59,457 bases of DNA, from the IMG/VR virus record IMGVR_UViG_3300040808_001421, positions 1 through 59,457 of that record; one strand, written 5' to 3'. Under the pieces are notes generated by a model. That model ran no database searches. It saw only the letters and a list, made by a program, of their open reading frames with translations, and was not told where the DNA came from. The translations under genes and the position numbers were made by a program. The DNA comes from a virus (Duplodnaviria; Caudoviricetes). Below are positions 56,307 to 59,457 of the stretch, piece by piece. Every line of letters starts with the position of its first letter. Positions within the stretch are counted from its first letter, which is position 1.

Positions 56307-56751
56307 TAAGTTTTGGATTGTACAAGACAGAGGTAGAAAAGTTGGTACACTACAAAAAGATACTAACTGTTACTATCTAGTCACAAAACTAGAAAAAATT
56401 AAGTTTGACACAATCGACGAAATACATCAAACCTTCGGCGATAACTTCTTTGAACAAGTTAAACAAAAGATTGAAAAACAAGAACAGAAGCACGAGGTAT
56501 ATAATTACCCAACAAGCACAAAGCCTTTTAATCCTTTGTATGATGTTAAAAAAGGCTTACCACTGTTTAGTAAAAGCAGAAAATCAAAAAGCCTTTACTG
56601 TGCAGGATATTACTGTATTAAATTTGACAAAGGTTGGGTTAAATCATTCTGTCCTAAACTTATAACACTACAACGTTATGGGTTTGAAGGACCATTTACA
56701 ACAGACTTAGAAATGAAGGAAACATTGGCACGTGTCTCGAAACAATCTTAA
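56272..56751 (+). CDS. hypothetical protein
   Basis: GGAGG SD. Confidence 0.7.
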   Translation: MQQLLAKQLVPNKFWIVQDRGRKVGTLQKDTNCYYLVTKLEKIKFDTIDEIHQTFGDNFFEQVKQKIEKQEQKHEVYNYPTSTKPFNPLYDVKKGLPLFSKSRKSKSLYCAGYYCIKFDKGWVKSFCPKLITLQRYGFEGPFTTDLEMKETLARVSKQS

Positions 56752-56953
56752 TACTATTGCTATCGAAAACTTCTTGCAATCTGTTAAGGTAGCACAACGT
56801 ACATCTGCTAAAGAACTTAAACTTGATGCAAAACAGTACAGAGACCTTGCAGATAGTATTAGCATGGTTATGACACGCCTAGTTGAACTACAGGATTCAC
56901 AACAATCTGTTGAGCCTGAAGTAACCATACAAATGGACGGTGGTAAACTTTAG
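56732..56953 (+). CDS. hypothetical protein
   Basis: GTG start; C-terminal MDGG like the LDGG at the end of 14874..15506. Confidence 0.6.
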   Translation: MSRNNLNTIAIENFLQSVKVAQRTSAKELKLDAKQYRDLADSISMVMTRLVELQDSQQSVEPEVTIQMDGGKL

Positions 56954-56998
56954 TAAAAAAGGATAAATATATACGTAGTTAATAAGGAAATTACGTAT

Positions 56999-57280
56999 AT
57001 GAGTAGACCTAAACCAAAAGTACTTTTAAAGTACACCGATAAAAATACATTTAGAAGTGAAGAAGTTCTGGCCGCGGAGGCTATCTGGGCAGTATTTTAT
57101 CAAGGCAAACCTTTTAATTTAAAAAGCAGTAGTGCAGTAAGTCCTACTCCAGGACCTAAATACAAGAAGGTAAGTTTTAGTAATCCAGGTCATGCTCATA
57201 ATCTAGCAAAAAAACTTAACAAGTTGTTTCAAACAGACGAGTTCAAAGTAGTAGAATTAACTAACGGAAAAATCCTGTAA
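56999..57280 (+). CDS. hypothetical basic protein
   Basis: TAAATA and AAGGA upstream. Confidence 0.7.
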   Translation: MSRPKPKVLLKYTDKNTFRSEEVLAAEAIWAVFYQGKPFNLKSSSAVSPTPGPKYKKVSFSNPGHAHNLAKKLNKLFQTDEFKVVELTNGKIL

Positions 57281-57666
57281 TGGACAAAAAGACCGCCTAC
57301 ACTAAAACATTCTTAATCGCGGCTGAAAAAGACACTAGCGAAGAAAGCCTTAAGAAATATCATATGCTGTTATGGCAGAACATTCGTGAAAAGGGCGATA
57401 GCGGACTACGTTTAACCAAAGAAGGATTTGAGTTTGTTGTTGATCAAGCAGATTTAAAAGTTCACGAAATACAATTTCCAAACGATATACAATTTACACC
57501 ACAAGTATTCTTATACTTAGATCAATTTATTGATACACCATACTATGTTACTAAAAAACGCATCTATGTGCTAAGTGAAAAAATGGCACTACAACTTATG
57601 ATGTTTGCGGGTGATATCAAACAGTACGGTCTTGCTCGTGCTATGGCAAAAGAATTGGAAGATTAA
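57280..57666 (+). CDS. hypothetical protein
   Basis: TAATG coupling with the upstream gene. Confidence 0.7.
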   Translation: MDKKTAYTKTFLIAAEKDTSEESLKKYHMLLWQNIREKGDSGLRLTKEGFEFVVDQADLKVHEIQFPNDIQFTPQVFLYLDQFIDTPYYVTKKRIYVLSEKMALQLMMFAGDIKQYGLARAMAKELED

Positions 57667-57679
57667 ATCCTGTTTTTGC

Positions 57680-57708
57680 TTGACCTCAAACTAAAAAACA
57701 TATATACT
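57680..57708 (+). promoter_or_regulatory. sigma70-type promoter
   Basis: TTGACC-17-TATACT in an intergenic gap. Confidence 0.65.
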
Positions 57709-57755
57709 ATTACATAAAGATATACCATTATCTGATTACACTATAGGAGAATCAA

Positions 57756-58814
57756 ATGGCAAAGAAAATTACAGCAGTTATCTCGGAGACTGAATTTGAA
57801 CAAAACTTCGGGTTTAAAGAAACAAGCGGTCTATTTCAAGATCCGAACTTCAGATTAGTTATAAACAAATTTGGTAGATGCTATTGGTTACTAGCACACG
57901 ATAACCTGCAAGGACCACGCTTTAGTGGCAACAATGTTTACTATCAAGGAAACAACAGTAGACTAATCCGTACAATATATCCTAATGCAAGACGTATTAT
58001 TGATGTAGGTGGCAATGTAGGTAACAATACCATTGCTTACAGCGAATGGGCACAGACTGTTGAATCGTTTGAACCTACACCAACAACTCTTAAAATGTTA
58101 CGTGCAAACATTGAAATTGCTAAACAGCAAAACCTAAAAGGTATATACTGGCGTGGCACAGATGAAGTAGGTGATTTATATAGAGACGAAACAGCGTCAG
58201 CAGGTTGGTACATATTCAAAGGTGTGCATCAAAGCATGGATGTTGTTGCTGATGTAACTGTACACGACGTTGCACTTTCAAATACAAACACAGGTTCAAT
58301 AGATATTATCGATCATTTAGACCATGGTGGACATAATCATTGTGTTCCGGAAGGAGCAGAAGTAAAGTTACGTGAAAGCCAACAACTAGTAAGTGTGCCT
58401 AAACGAACAATAGACAGTTATGAATTTGACGAAGTAGACGCAATTAAAATTGATGTTGAAGGTTCAGAACTTATGGTAATGCAAGGTGCAGAACAAACTA
58501 TACGTAAGCATCGTCCAAGTGTTCAAGTTGAAATTGTTCCGAAGCAATGTAATATATTTGGTTATGAACCGCAAGACTTGTATGACTTTTTCAAAGATAT
58601 GGATTATACTTGTGTATGTGCAGTTCGTAATCCTATGAATAAGGCACAAAAGGATTTGTATTGGGGTAAAGATATCGGAATGACACATCAACAAATTCCA
58701 AAATATATGGATAGATTGTTTGTTCCTCGTGAAGTACACGAAGCAACTGATTATGATGCAATGAAACAAGCACATATCGATCCACAAGCAGAAAAATTAT
58801 TTGATTTTGGTTAA
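57756..58814 (+). CDS. FkbM-family SAM methyltransferase
   Basis: IIDVGGNVG, VESFEP, AIKIDVEGSELMVMQGA. Confidence 0.85.
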   Translation: MAKKITAVISETEFEQNFGFKETSGLFQDPNFRLVINKFGRCYWLLAHDNLQGPRFSGNNVYYQGNNSRLIRTIYPNARRIIDVGGNVGNNTIAYSEWAQTVESFEPTPTTLKMLRANIEIAKQQNLKGIYWRGTDEVGDLYRDETASAGWYIFKGVHQSMDVVADVTVHDVALSNTNTGSIDIIDHLDHGGHNHCVPEGAEVKLRESQQLVSVPKRTIDSYEFDEVDAIKIDVEGSELMVMQGAEQTIRKHRPSVQVEIVPKQCNIFGYEPQDLYDFFKDMDYTCVCAVRNPMNKAQKDLYWGKDIGMTHQQIPKYMDRLFVPREVHEATDYDAMKQAHIDPQAEKLFDFG

Positions 58815-58822
58815 CTTACCTG

Positions 58823-58850
58823 TTGACAAAACCGGTAAAGATGTTATTAT
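58823..58850 (+). promoter_or_regulatory. sigma70-type promoter
   Basis: TTGACA-16-TATTAT with extended TG. Confidence 0.6.
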
Positions 58851-58890
58851 AGTATTATAGTTAAACAAAGGCACAATGGAGGCTAAAATT

Positions 58891-59457
58891 ATGGAACGTA
58901 CATATCCCGAAGTATTACTAGAAGAATTTGGTAATGACTTACAAGATATTTTTGGTACACCTGAAGAACAATCAACTAAAATTGATTTACGTAGTATTGC
59001 AGGTGATACAGCAAAAATGGAAAAACTTATCAACAAATTACCTAATGGCGGTGTACTTGATGTTTATGAAATTTTTGGAAAGTATGAACGTCCTAGTTTT
59101 TTAGAAGTTGCTAAACATATTCTTAAAATGTTCGAAGCATCTGGAATTTTTCAAACTTACAAACTTCCTCCTGTGAGCGAACCAAACGGGCGTGTCGGTG
59201 GCGAACATCGTAATTGGGGAGATGTTTACCTGCGTTATCCTGTACAACGATCTGTAAAAGTATGGCACATTTTACAAGATATTCTGTGTGAATGGGACGC
59301 AGATCTAAACGATCCTATGTACGTTCGCGTCTTAAAAGATAATACAATGAATTGCAACGATAAGCAACACGGTAATTTTGGTCGATTGCTTATGGGTTAC
59401 AAAGATGTAATTGTAGAAGGTATTACAAGTGACGACGAGCATATGGACTCTAATATG
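58891..59457 (+). CDS. hypothetical protein, possibly ParB/DGQHR-like (3' truncated by window)
   Basis: Open frame to the window end, MERTYPEV...; VQR...DPMYV...NDKQH resembles the QR...DGQH motif; GGAGG SD. Confidence 0.5.
   Translation, partial: MERTYPEVLLEEFGNDLQDIFGTPEEQSTKIDLRSIAGDTAKMEKLINKLPNGGVLDVYEIFGKYERPSFLEVAKHILKMFEASGIFQTYKLPPVSEPNGRVGGEHRNWGDVYLRYPVQRSVKVWHILQDILCEWDADLNDPMYVRVLKDNTMNCNDKQHGNFGRLLMGYKDVIVEGITSDDEHMDSNM

Noticed and set aside
1-59457. Alternative genetic code, tRNA genes or IS elements
   Set aside because: Standard-code ORFs tile the window with TAA, TAG and TGA all used as stops; intergenic gaps are short and show no cloverleaf or transposase

Overview
The window is an AT-rich, gene-dense fragment, almost entirely on the + strand, of a large T4-like tailed-phage genome. 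Spanin-like genes imply a Gram-negative host; FdxA, IscA and ClpA of proteobacterial type suggest an alphaproteobacterium (inference). In order it holds: UvsE, SodC and IscA; two large gp9/gp10-anchored fibre/baseplate proteins and an Ig-repeat virion protein; a mini-DnaE, GroES, MazG, a cytidylyltransferase, a clamp loader, ferredoxin and PhoH; a GH108 endolysin/spanin/holin cassette; DnaJ, PDF and ClpA; an ~8.6 kb cluster of modular proteins with T4-like capsid-targeting leaders and [ILVM]-x-E module junctions; PolB and a clamp; a 7-deazaguanine DNA-modification region; RNase H and an FkbM methyltransferase. The modification region contains a DpdA-like transglycosylase, an unknown ORF, a DpdL-like T-fold protein, a GT-B glycosyltransferase, FolE, a cupin, a PRTase, an MBD4-like glycosylase, a HIT protein, QueE and a 2OG oxygenase. 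The best candidates for new biology are (1) a deazaguanine pathway with an embedded glycosyltransferase and no QueC, (2) head-packaged, protease-processed modular proteins that may include SodC, (3) leaderless transcripts from both late and sigma70 promoters, and (4) apparent avoidance of AGCT and GCWGC. I saw no tRNA, rRNA, CRISPR array or mobile element. All family calls come from motif recognition by eye; no database searches were run.
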